A stretch of DNA of 24,000 nucleotides from Sporocytophaga sp. (GTDB lineage Bacteria > Bacteroidota > Bacteroidia > Cytophagales > Cytophagaceae). The DNA lies in contig JANQAB010000002.1 of NCBI GenBank assembly GCA_024707265.1, positions 244,188 to 268,187 on the forward strand. Direction: 5' to 3'. Every line of letters starts with the position of its first letter. Within the stretch, counting starts at the first letter, position 1. Positions 1-7,682 of the stretch are shown in pieces. The notes below the pieces were generated by a model, which was not told the DNA's origin, did not search any database, and saw nothing but the letters and a program-made list of their open reading frames with translations. The translations under genes and the position numbers were made by a program.

Positions 1-75
1 GTAAGAGAAATTGCTGAAATTACAGGATTAAGTCCTGCTGGAGTTCAACATCATATTTCAAAACTAAAATCATGA
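1..75 (+). CDS. 3' end (24 codons) of an upstream gene with a helix-turn-helix-like C-terminal tail; N-terminus lies outside the window
   Basis: Frame 1 is open from the window edge and reads VREIAEITGLSPAGVQHHISKLKS, then TGA at 73-75. The IAExTGLSxxxVxxHIxKL pattern is typical of an HTH recognition-helix region. The stop overlaps the next start (ATGA at 72-75). Confidence 0.5.
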   Translation, partial: VREIAEITGLSPAGVQHHISKLKS

Positions 76-692
76 GCGATAATTCTAGAAGACCCATTTT
101 ATATAATGGAGAGTTATATAGTAGCCCGATTTCAAAGGGTAGTTCTGGACCTACTAAAGAACCCTATGTAAGTTTTGAAGTAGCAAGGGAAAAAGTACTT
201 AGCGATTTAAGTTTTACTAAAGAGAAACTTCGAAGTATTCCTTCGAAATCCAAATTGCCTAATGAAGCGATTATTTGCATTAGAATGCAGTCTGAATTCT
301 CTGCCAAATCATATTATCCAGATTCTTTATTTGATAATGTCAAAACTAAGTATGGTTTAAAAGAAATCGGCTCTAGAATTTGGAAAAGCATTGATGAAGC
401 TAATGTAGAAACGGGTAAACTTTTCTTTGTCAGAACTACTGAAGATGCGATATCAAACTTCGAAGATATTCTTTCAAAGGAAATCAATATCACAAAGAAA
501 TTTTCTACTGATATTAGAAAAATATCATCAATAGATATCTTACTACCTTCAGAACAAGTTTTGGGTATTGGAGATGATTGGGCTCAAGGTAGATTAGAAG
601 CAGTTCTTCACCCATTTAATATTGATAAAGATTATGCATTACCTCATTTTTGGATCTTATTAATACATCGGGAGGAGATATTGGAAAGGTGA
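72..692 (+). CDS. 206-aa hydrophilic protein with no signal peptide; likely the N-terminal module of the defence-associated S8 peptidase family, either a separate gene or split from the next ORF
   Basis: ATG at 72 overlaps the upstream stop. From memory, the sequence RRPILYNGELYSSPI...PYVSFEVAREKV...SAKSYYPDSLF resembles the conserved N-terminal region of cytoplasmic S8 peptidases encoded next to AAA ATPases. The ORF ends at TGA 690-692, overlapping the next ORF. Confidence 0.6.
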   Translation: MSDNSRRPILYNGELYSSPISKGSSGPTKEPYVSFEVAREKVLSDLSFTKEKLRSIPSKSKLPNEAIICIRMQSEFSAKSYYPDSLFDNVKTKYGLKEIGSRIWKSIDEANVETGKLFFVRTTEDAISNFEDILSKEINITKKFSTDIRKISSIDILLPSEQVLGIGDDWAQGRLEAVLHPFNIDKDYALPHFWILLIHREEILER

Positions 693-2362
693 GGTTCAAG
701 CAATATGGAGAAGGAATTACATTTATTAGCTTTATAGGTGATAAAAATATATTAAATGCGGTATCTGGATATAATCCTTTGAGAACAATACACCCGCTAA
801 AAGTAAGAAGTTTGCCGGCAAGCCCAAGATCTCATTCAATATTCTCAGGGCCTAATCCACCTACATTTAATGAGAAATCGCAAATAACTGTTGGAGTTAT
901 AGATGGAGGAACCAATATAAATCCCTATTTAAATAATTATGTTGAAATTATTGAAAGCGTTTCAGGAAGCCCATTAGCTGGTTATATGGACCATGGAACC
1001 CAAGTTTGTGGTACAGTACTTTATGGGCCGTTAAATGAATTTACTTCAAAAGATGTATTACCCGAGCCGTCTTTATCTGTCAAAAGCTTCAGAGTACTTT
1101 CAGATGATACGATAGATCCAGATCTATATGAGGTTATTGATGCAATAGAAGATATTGTTCCTGCTCATAAAGAAATCTCAGTTTATAATTTAAGCTTGGG
1201 ACCAGCAGGCCCAATATTAGATGATAGCATTAGTCGTTTTACTTATTCATGCGACTTATTAAGTAAAAATCATGATATTCTTTTTTGCGTTGCCGTAGGT
1301 AATGACGGAGACGTAGATGGATATAATAGAATTCAATCTCCTGCAGATATGGTAAATGGGCTTGCAGTGGGGGCATATACTAAAATAGACGGGAAAATTG
1401 AACGAGCCTCTTATAGCTGTATTGGTCCTGGAAGAGAGGGTAATAAAATGAAACCAGATCTGGTTGCTTTTGGAGGATGTGATAGAACTCCAATACATCT
1501 TATTGGTTCAGATGTTGGTATGAAAGTTTTAAGTGCAGGTACAAGCTATGCTTCACCTCTGGTAGCTAGAGCTGCAGGTCTATTAATAGGTGGAAGTTCA
1601 AACATTCTTTCTCCTCTTATTGCCCGCGCTTTATTGATACATAAGGTTGCGGAGGTTAACTATAATAATAGTCATCATATTGAAACCGGACATGGAGTAT
1701 TACCAGATGATATTAATGATATTGTAAGTTGCCCTCAAAAATCTTATACATTAATTTATAAAGGAGAGATTACCGAAGGACAATATGCAGAATTTCAAAT
1801 TCCATGGGAAAATGAGATAAAAGAGGGGAAAGTTACATTTCGTTGGACAATAGCGATTTTAACTGATGTAGATCATCTAAGCCCAGATGACTATACAACT
1901 TCAGGAGTGGAAGTAACCTTTTACCCAAATAGGTCAAATTATTGCTTCAGTAGACAGAAAAGCGGAGAAAAAAAGAAAACCCAAAATATAAATCTAGATT
2001 TATTCCCAGAAAAAGAGAATGAACTCATTCTGGATGGTTGGGTTCGATCAAATTTTCCAGTTAGTGAATCTGGGAAATCGGCATATATGACAGAAGAAGA
2101 GTTAAGAGCGAATTTGAAATGGGATAGTTTAAACTCTAAGAATATTAAAAAAAGAGCTGATAAAATAAGCAATCCTTTCTTTCATTTACATGCTTTAGGT
2201 CGAGGGAGTAGACATACTCAAGGGAAAGTCAAATTTGCATTAATTATAACTGTAGAAGCTCCAAAATCAACAATAGATTTGTATTCTACTATTATTAAAA
2301 ATTATTCTGAATTAGCCCCTATTAACCTAAACGTTAAAGCAACACTTTCAGTAAGGACATAG
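650..2362 (+). CDS. S8 family serine peptidase (subtilase) with a C-terminal non-catalytic domain; start uncertain (TTG 650, GTG 689, or fused to the upstream ORF)
   Basis: Subtilase triad motifs occur in the canonical order: GVIDGG (Asp codon 902-904), HGTQVCG (His codon 992-994), GTSYASP (Ser codon 1544-1546). No N-terminal signal peptide is visible in either candidate N-terminus. GTG 689-691 overlaps the upstream stop as GTGA. Confidence 0.85.
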   Translation: MDLINTSGGDIGKVRFKQYGEGITFISFIGDKNILNAVSGYNPLRTIHPLKVRSLPASPRSHSIFSGPNPPTFNEKSQITVGVIDGGTNINPYLNNYVEIIESVSGSPLAGYMDHGTQVCGTVLYGPLNEFTSKDVLPEPSLSVKSFRVLSDDTIDPDLYEVIDAIEDIVPAHKEISVYNLSLGPAGPILDDSISRFTYSCDLLSKNHDILFCVAVGNDGDVDGYNRIQSPADMVNGLAVGAYTKIDGKIERASYSCIGPGREGNKMKPDLVAFGGCDRTPIHLIGSDVGMKVLSAGTSYASPLVARAAGLLIGGSSNILSPLIARALLIHKVAEVNYNNSHHIETGHGVLPDDINDIVSCPQKSYTLIYKGEITEGQYAEFQIPWENEIKEGKVTFRWTIAILTDVDHLSPDDYTTSGVEVTFYPNRSNYCFSRQKSGEKKKTQNINLDLFPEKENELILDGWVRSNFPVSESGKSAYMTEEELRANLKWDSLNSKNIKKRADKISNPFFHLHALGRGSRHTQGKVKFALIITVEAPKSTIDLYSTIIKNYSELAPINLNVKATLSVRT

Positions 2363-2429
2363 ATTCATTAACTTAGTAATTTATCCTACATAATCTGTCT
2401 GTTTTGAAATACAGCAATTACCATTATCA

Positions 2430-2768
2430 TTAATGATAAAAAAGCTTCTGGTATTTGCAGCTTGGTCTATAATTTAAGGACCGTAGAGCTTTCCCTACGG
2501 TCTCGGTAATTATTTTTTTAGGGGCATCTGAAGCTTCTAAGATCTTCAAAGCTTTTTCATATGCAGAAAAAAGCTTTTTGTTCTGTGGCTCAGAAATTAA
2601 AAGGTCAAATCTATAATTCTCTTTGACTGCCTTATCACTTAATAAGTTTAAAAAGCCATAATTATGTACAGCCTTAACATTTATCGAATTTTCATCTGTA
2701 AGGTCAAATCCAATAGGTTTAATTAGATTTAAAGAGCCATTTTTCCAGGCATAATCAATTTTTAATTG
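2430..2768 (-). pseudogene. 3' fragment (about 113 codons) of an ORF interrupted by the IS21 element; product unknown
   Basis: The tracked ORF 2430-2792 takes its first 8 codons (MAQFHRNY) from the IS21 terminal repeat, so its start is an artefact. The real coding sequence continued upstream across the IS insertion point. I recognise no motif in it. Confidence 0.4.
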
Positions 2769-2773
2769 ATAAT
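2769..2773. repeat. Putative target-site duplication (ATAAT), left copy
   Basis: ATAAT lies immediately outside the IS21 terminus TCCGGTGAAATTGAGCCA. An identical ATAAT lies immediately outside the other terminus at 5383-5387. Confidence 0.55.
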
Positions 2774-2815
2774 TCCGGTGAAATTGAGCCACCCTTCCGG
2801 CCTAAATTGAGCCAC
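2774..2815. repeat. IS21 istB-proximal terminal repeats (2 copies)
   Basis: TCCGGTGAAATTGAGCCAC (2774-2792) and TTCCGGCCTAAATTGAGCCAC (2795-2815) are reverse complements of the repeat unit found at 5215-5384. Confidence 0.85.
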
Positions 2816-2840
2816 CCTGTTTTGATTTTGCAAAGTTAAT

Positions 2841-3584
2841 TTAGGCAGATTTTTTGGATGATTTAGCTTTTCTTAAAGATTCTCCTTTTAATTCAATTTT
2901 GTGTGCATTGGCTGTCATTCTGTCCATGATAGCGTCAGCGAGTGTAGGTTCTCCAATGTATTCATGCCATTTGTTTACTGGAAGCTGCGATGTTACCATG
3001 ATGGACTTTTTACCATATCTGTCTTCCAGCATTTGTAATAGGGCTAATCTCAGGTTGTTGTCAATCGGCTGCAAGCCGAAGTCGTCGAGAATTATCAGGT
3101 GAACCTTCTCTATCTGATTTAGCATTTTTACGTAAGTGCCTTCAAGTTTTGATTGAGCAATTTTTTCAAGTAACCTTGTCATTCCCATATAAAGTACCTT
3201 ATATCCCATAGCACAGACCTGTCTTCCAAGGGCACAAGCCAGATAGCTTTTGCCACAACCTGTAGCTCCTGTTATCAGAACATTTTCCGCTCTTTCTATA
3301 AAACCGCAGTCAGCCAATATCGCGAGCTTATCGTTGGTAAAGTTTCTTTCCGATGAGCAATGTATCTGCTCCAGAACTGCGTTATACCGCAGTTTGCTGA
3401 GCCTGATATACATTTGTGTTTTCTTATGGGTTCGGTACTGGAGCTCTGCTTCTGCCAGTCTTGCAATAGCTTCATGTAATGATAGCTGTTCATGTATCGG
3501 CATTGATAAGAATGCTTCGTACGCTTTGCCCATTCCTGTAAGCTTTAGATTATAAAGTTGCTCAAGTGTTTGTCTGGTGTTCAT
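2841..3584 (-). CDS. istB: IS21-family helper ATPase IstB
   Basis: 247 aa with Walker A GATGCGKS, Walker B-like LIILDDFG, and the typical IstB N-terminus (LKLTGMGKAYEAFL). It lies directly downstream of istA. Confidence 0.92.
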   Translation of the reverse strand: MNTRQTLEQLYNLKLTGMGKAYEAFLSMPIHEQLSLHEAIARLAEAELQYRTHKKTQMYIRLSKLRYNAVLEQIHCSSERNFTNDKLAILADCGFIERAENVLITGATGCGKSYLACALGRQVCAMGYKVLYMGMTRLLEKIAQSKLEGTYVKMLNQIEKVHLIILDDFGLQPIDNNLRLALLQMLEDRYGKKSIMVTSQLPVNKWHEYIGEPTLADAIMDRMTANAHKIELKGESLRKAKSSKKSA

Positions 3585-3611
3585 TTTAATTGATTTTTAA
3601 TTGGTTTAACA

Positions 3612-5165
3612 TTAATATTCTTTAGGACCTCTGATGTTTTCATGAACAGGTATGGTGATCTGTGATGATGGCTCTTCCTGCTTATCCCTGTTATTGGATA
3701 ATATGTTTTCAATAGTTTTGTATGACAGATATCCGGCATACAGACCTATTCTACAGGCGTTATTTGTACGTTCATTTCCATATTTATCGGCCAGGCGCAA
3801 AAGACCTCTACAGGAAAGAAAGGCTTGTTGAGTAAACTGCCTTGATTCAAGCAGGCCGCTTACCACCTGTAGAAAGTATTCTCCTATAGGTTTGGCCTTT
3901 TGTAAAAAGTAGTCTTTATCCCATCCCAGAGTCTCTTTATATTTGAGGTGACTGGTAGGCATGTGAGTATCTGTAGTTGTGTAACAGTGTTTCTGGTAGT
4001 TCCTTTTATGAGCTGCTATTCTTTTATGATCCAGGTAAACCTCAACTTGTTCGCTGTCATATACAATGGTGGTTTGTTTACCTATGTATTGATAAGGAAC
4101 GCTATAGTAGTGCATGTCCTGTCCTAGCAAGACATGATAGTTCTTCTGCACTTTAGCTCTGACTGAATATTTCACTTCAAAGGCTTGTAGTGGAAGGGGG
4201 TTAAGCAAAGGTTGTTCATCCTGGACAAATCGATCTTTTCTGGAATAATCCTTTTTCTGCATCAAGCAACCATTATGTTTTTCCAAATTCAACTTTATGT
4301 GGTAATTCAACTCTGAGAGGCTATAAACCACGTTGTCTCTTAATGGGGCATAAATACGCTTGTATGCAAGATCTACAGACTTTTCTACACGGGCCTTGTC
4401 TTTAGGCTTTTCCACACGTGTAGCCGACAGGGTGGTGTTATAGAAAACGGAGAACTGTTCTGCAAGGGCAGTAAAGGTTGGTTCATAGCGGTCGCTTTTT
4501 ATCACCATTTGCCTCATGTTATCTGTGAGAATTGAAGCGGGAGCTCCTCCAAAGTATTGCAGACACCGGTTTAATGCTCCCACTAACTGATCAAGGGTAG
4601 CATTATGCAAGGCTTCAACATAGGTATAACCGCTATAGGGCAATACAGCAACGAAAACAGGACATTCTAAGACTTCACCGCTGGTCTTGTCGATATAGGA
4701 AAGTTTCTTTCCCGCAAAGTCAATCTCTAAAACTTCTGCAGGCTTATGCTGTTGTGGCATCACTGCATTGCGAATCTGACTATAGGTATTCAGGTGCTCA
4801 CAAAATTGTTGATAGGAATAGCCGTCAGGATCTTCTCTGCGATATTCTTCCCACAACAACATTCGGGTTACTCCGGTGCGCTTAAGCTCTGAAAGGTAAT
4901 GCCCCAGCTTGGGAGATAAACGACCATACCGTTCATCCTTTCTGCTTTCGATAGCATGATTATAGACAACACTACCCAGAGTATCGTCTGAGAGAGAGAG
5001 TAATTGATTAAAGTCATATCCCGAGGTTTTAAACCGTTTTAAGTAGGTGGCAACTGTATTGCGACTCATGCCAAGTGTATTGGCAATTTGTCGTTCTGAG
5101 AGGCCGGAAATGAGTAATTGTAATAGTCTGCGTATTTGCAACATGGTTTTAGCTTGGTTAGCCAT
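3612..5165 (-). CDS. istA: IS21-family transposase IstA
   Basis: 517 aa with an N-terminal HTH (LSERQIANTLGMSRNTVATYLKRF) followed by a DDE integrase-type core (EIDFAGKKL..., ILTDNMRQ...). Size and pairing with istB are typical of IS21. Confidence 0.92.
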   Translation of the reverse strand: MANQAKTMLQIRRLLQLLISGLSERQIANTLGMSRNTVATYLKRFKTSGYDFNQLLSLSDDTLGSVVYNHAIESRKDERYGRLSPKLGHYLSELKRTGVTRMLLWEEYRREDPDGYSYQQFCEHLNTYSQIRNAVMPQQHKPAEVLEIDFAGKKLSYIDKTSGEVLECPVFVAVLPYSGYTYVEALHNATLDQLVGALNRCLQYFGGAPASILTDNMRQMVIKSDRYEPTFTALAEQFSVFYNTTLSATRVEKPKDKARVEKSVDLAYKRIYAPLRDNVVYSLSELNYHIKLNLEKHNGCLMQKKDYSRKDRFVQDEQPLLNPLPLQAFEVKYSVRAKVQKNYHVLLGQDMHYYSVPYQYIGKQTTIVYDSEQVEVYLDHKRIAAHKRNYQKHCYTTTDTHMPTSHLKYKETLGWDKDYFLQKAKPIGEYFLQVVSGLLESRQFTQQAFLSCRGLLRLADKYGNERTNNACRIGLYAGYLSYKTIENILSNNRDKQEEPSSQITIPVHENIRGPKEY

Positions 5166-5214
5166 AAATTCTTCAGCTTAAAAAGCTGAAGTTACAGTTG
5201 CAAAATCAAAAAAA

Positions 5215-5382
5215 GTGGCTCAGTTTATGCCGGAATGGCAGTTCTTAAAATTGAAAAAATACAAATTTAAGTGGCTCAGTTTGGTCCGGAATTCCCTGAT
5301 TCTTCTACTAAAAAGTGGCTCAGTTTGGTCCGGAATCAGTGGCTCAGTTTAGTCCGGAATTACTGGCTCAATTTAGTCCGGA
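5215..5382. repeat. IS21 istA-proximal terminal repeats (5 direct copies)
   Basis: GTGGCTCAGTTT(A/G)(T/G)(G/T)CCGGAAT-type units begin at 5215, 5271, 5315, 5339 and 5364. The outermost copy abuts the element end. Confidence 0.85.
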
Positions 5383-5387
5383 ATAAT
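5383..5387. repeat. Putative target-site duplication (ATAAT), right copy
   Basis: Identical pentamer to 2769-2773, immediately outside the IS21 terminus ...AATTTAGTCCGGA. Confidence 0.55.
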
Positions 5388-6129
5388 CAGTTTGATCGCA
5401 TAGCACACCTTTTGTTTTATCTACTGGATGTGAATACAACCTTCGATAGTCCATATTATCTTTTGCTCTTGTAACATAGAAAGCATCTGACAAACAAATC
5501 TTGTAAAGCCTTTTGTAATCCACATATCCTCGATCCATAATATAAAAGCTATTAGCTTCAAATGGAATAAGATCCAATACATTTACATCGTGGACAGAAG
5601 CTGTAGAAAAAAGAATGAACTCAGGAATAGATGTTTTTAAATCCAGTTGAGTATGCAGTTTGATACCACTTTTTGTAGATCGAAAAGTAGCCCAATAAAA
5701 GGTAGATAAACACAAATCAATGGTAGTAGAATCTATAGCAAATACGTTGTTTTTAAGCGGTACATCCAATTCAGTATCTCCTAAATATAAATGTTTGGCT
5801 TGTTTTATTAATATCATAGCCAAACCTTCATAAATTTTATAGGAGCGATTTTCATTCGCTTTAGAAAGTGTACTTTTAGCAACAACATCTCCAATACCTA
5901 AGTGATACATTTTATCGGCATTAGCCCTTAAACACATCATCGTATCACTTAAACTTTCACGATGAGTAAGCTGACCAAATGCCATGCAAAGAAATTGTTT
6001 CCAACAACTAAAATCTTTAACCTTATAATCACCATCATAGCGTTTTACAAGGGTCTGAAACTGTTTATGAGAAACAATCTCTATAATTTGTGAGAAAATA
6101 TATCTACCTCGATTCATGATTATTGACAA
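5383..6129 (-). pseudogene. IS4-family (DUF4372 + DDE_Tnp_1 type) transposase, N-terminal two thirds only (about 247 codons), truncated at the IS21 junction
   Basis: The N-terminus RGRYIFSQIIEIVSHKQFQTLVKRYDGDYKVKDFSCWKQFLCMAFGQLTHRESL is typical of Bacteroidota IS4 transposases. DDE residues sit in AIDSTTIDL and FYIMDRGYVDY, and the FYVTRAKDNMDY motif is present. The expected C-terminal third with the catalytic Glu (YKNRWQIELFFK-type motif) is absent, and the ORF runs into IS21 repeat sequence. Confidence 0.8.
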
Positions 6130-6526
6130 TCAACGAATTGTTAAATTCGTAATTTTCAAAAATTCAAATCGTTTCCAACTTAAAATCTTCTCTAACTCAA
6201 TAATGACAATACTTTCAAAGAACTTTTGTTTTGAACATCAAAACGCTAATGTCAATATATAAATTTTTAAGCCTATCTAAATTTTGAGGATATTTGAATA
6301 TTATGGAGCTCTTACTTGTCCATTCTAACTTTAATCAATAATATCCATTCTGAGCTTTTGTTATATGCTTTTTAATATCGTTTAAGGTGGACTTATAAAA
6401 ATTTTTACTTTTACTATTAGTGAAACTTTCTTTTTGTTTTTAGTTTAAGATATTTAATCAATCATAACAATCACAGAATTACGAACTTGTAATTACCATC
6501 AATTTCATAATCACCGATAGATTTCA

Positions 6527-7489
6527 ATGAAAAGAGAAAACATTATTATGTTCTCAGGCCAGGGTTCTCAATACTACCAGATGGGAAGGGAATTGTATGA
6601 AAATAATGCCGTATTCAGCTATTGGATGGACCATTGTAATGAAATCATTGCTCCATTAATTCAAACCTCATTAGTTGAAATCCTTTATAGGCAAGAGGAC
6701 AAAAGCAAGCCATTTGATCGCTTGCTGTATACTAATCCTGCTTTGTTGTGTGTCGAGTACTGCCAGTTCAAAGTACTTAAAGAATTGGGTATTCAGGCAG
6801 ATTATCTTATTGGATATAGTCTTGGTGAATTAATCGCTAGTGTTGTTTCCGGTGCAGTGTCTTTGGAAGATGGGATTCGCTTAGTTATAAATATAGCCAG
6901 ACTTGCTGAAGATAAAACACCTCCGGCAGCAATGATGGCAATCATGGATTCGCAAAGTATTATCAGCAAATATCCTGATTTGTTTGCCGACTGTAGATGT
7001 ACCGGAACAAATTTTCAGGAGAATTTTGTAGTATGTGGCTTGCCTCCTGCAATTCAGAATTTGCATTTAAATTTAAATAAGATCAATATAATCTCTCTGG
7101 TATTACCGGTTAAACAAGGATTTCACGCAGAGTTTATTGATCCGATGGAAGCGGAAGTGAAGCAACTGGTTAAAAATATTAATATTTCAGATATGAAAAT
7201 ACCAATCATATCATCAGCCAAATCAGAGATTGTCAAAGAGTTGAATGAAGATTATTTCTGGGAAGTAATCAGATGCCCTGTTAATTTTGAATTTACCATC
7301 AAGAGGATCCTTGAGGTAGGAGATTATATTTTTATAGATTCAGGACCAAGTGGAACGCTGTCTACTTTTGTTAAATATATGCTTCCTTCTGATTCAGGTT
7401 CAGTTTCTCTTCCAATGATCAATCAGTTCGGAAGAGATGTGATTGCTATTGAAAAGTTAAAAACTTTTTTATTCGCGAACGTAAGCTGA
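6527..7489 (+). CDS. Stand-alone acyltransferase-domain protein (FabD / PKS-AT-like malonyl-CoA:ACP transacylase superfamily)
   Basis: 320 aa with FSGQGSQ near the N-terminus, the nucleophile elbow GYSLGE (Ser codon 6818-6820; Tyr replaces the usual His), and a downstream LPVKQGFHAEF matching the xAFH(S) His motif position. Confidence 0.8.
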   Translation: MKRENIIMFSGQGSQYYQMGRELYENNAVFSYWMDHCNEIIAPLIQTSLVEILYRQEDKSKPFDRLLYTNPALLCVEYCQFKVLKELGIQADYLIGYSLGELIASVVSGAVSLEDGIRLVINIARLAEDKTPPAAMMAIMDSQSIISKYPDLFADCRCTGTNFQENFVVCGLPPAIQNLHLNLNKINIISLVLPVKQGFHAEFIDPMEAEVKQLVKNINISDMKIPIISSAKSEIVKELNEDYFWEVIRCPVNFEFTIKRILEVGDYIFIDSGPSGTLSTFVKYMLPSDSGSVSLPMINQFGRDVIAIEKLKTFLFANVS

Positions 7490-7682
7490 AAATCTGCCGG
7501 GATAAGAGCATTCTATATAAAACCAATATTTTTTTCTTGACAAATTATTCCTCTCCTAATACCAGACTTTTTTTGCTTTATTATTTCCGGGAGTTTATCA
7601 TAAATCTGTCTGTAACTCAGAAACCATAAATATATTGTTGGCAATAATATTTTGTCAGAATAGTTTTTAAAGTCTCTTAGCT

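Larger units (their letters stand above)
2774..5382 (-). mobile_element. Complete IS21-family insertion sequence (about 2.6 kb) carrying istA and istB
   Basis: istA (517 aa) and istB (247 aa) sit in the canonical order on the minus strand. Both ends carry inverted multi-copy repeats with core TGGCTCA(A/G)TTT..CCGGA, 2 copies at the left end and 5 at the right. Identical ATAAT pentamers flank the element. Confidence 0.9.

Noticed and set aside
5215-5384. Five direct repeats of about 22 bp that could be mistaken for a mini CRISPR array
   Set aside because: Spacing is irregular, from 2 to 34 bp. Inverted copies of the same unit sit at the other end of the istA/istB element. No cas genes are present. 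These are IS21 transposase-binding terminal repeats.
5271-5474. 67-aa plus-strand ORF with a striking internal peptide repeat (WLSLVRNQWLSLVRNYWLNLVRN)
   Set aside because: The repeat is simply the translation of the tandem IS21 terminal repeat units (GTGGCTCAGTTTGGTCCGGAAT). It lies in non-coding IS end sequence and overlaps the IS4 remnant on the other strand.
6527-7489. Calling a polyketide or fatty-acid biosynthetic gene cluster on the basis of the AT-domain gene
   Set aside because: No KS, ACP, KR, DH or thioesterase genes occur anywhere in the window. A single AT gene does not define a cluster.
7536-7561. Sigma-70-like TTGACA ... TAATAC upstream of the T9SS cargo gene
   Set aside because: The spacer is only 14 nt, and Bacteroidota primary promoters use TTTG / TAnnTTTG instead of TTGACA/TATAAT. 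It is probably a chance match.
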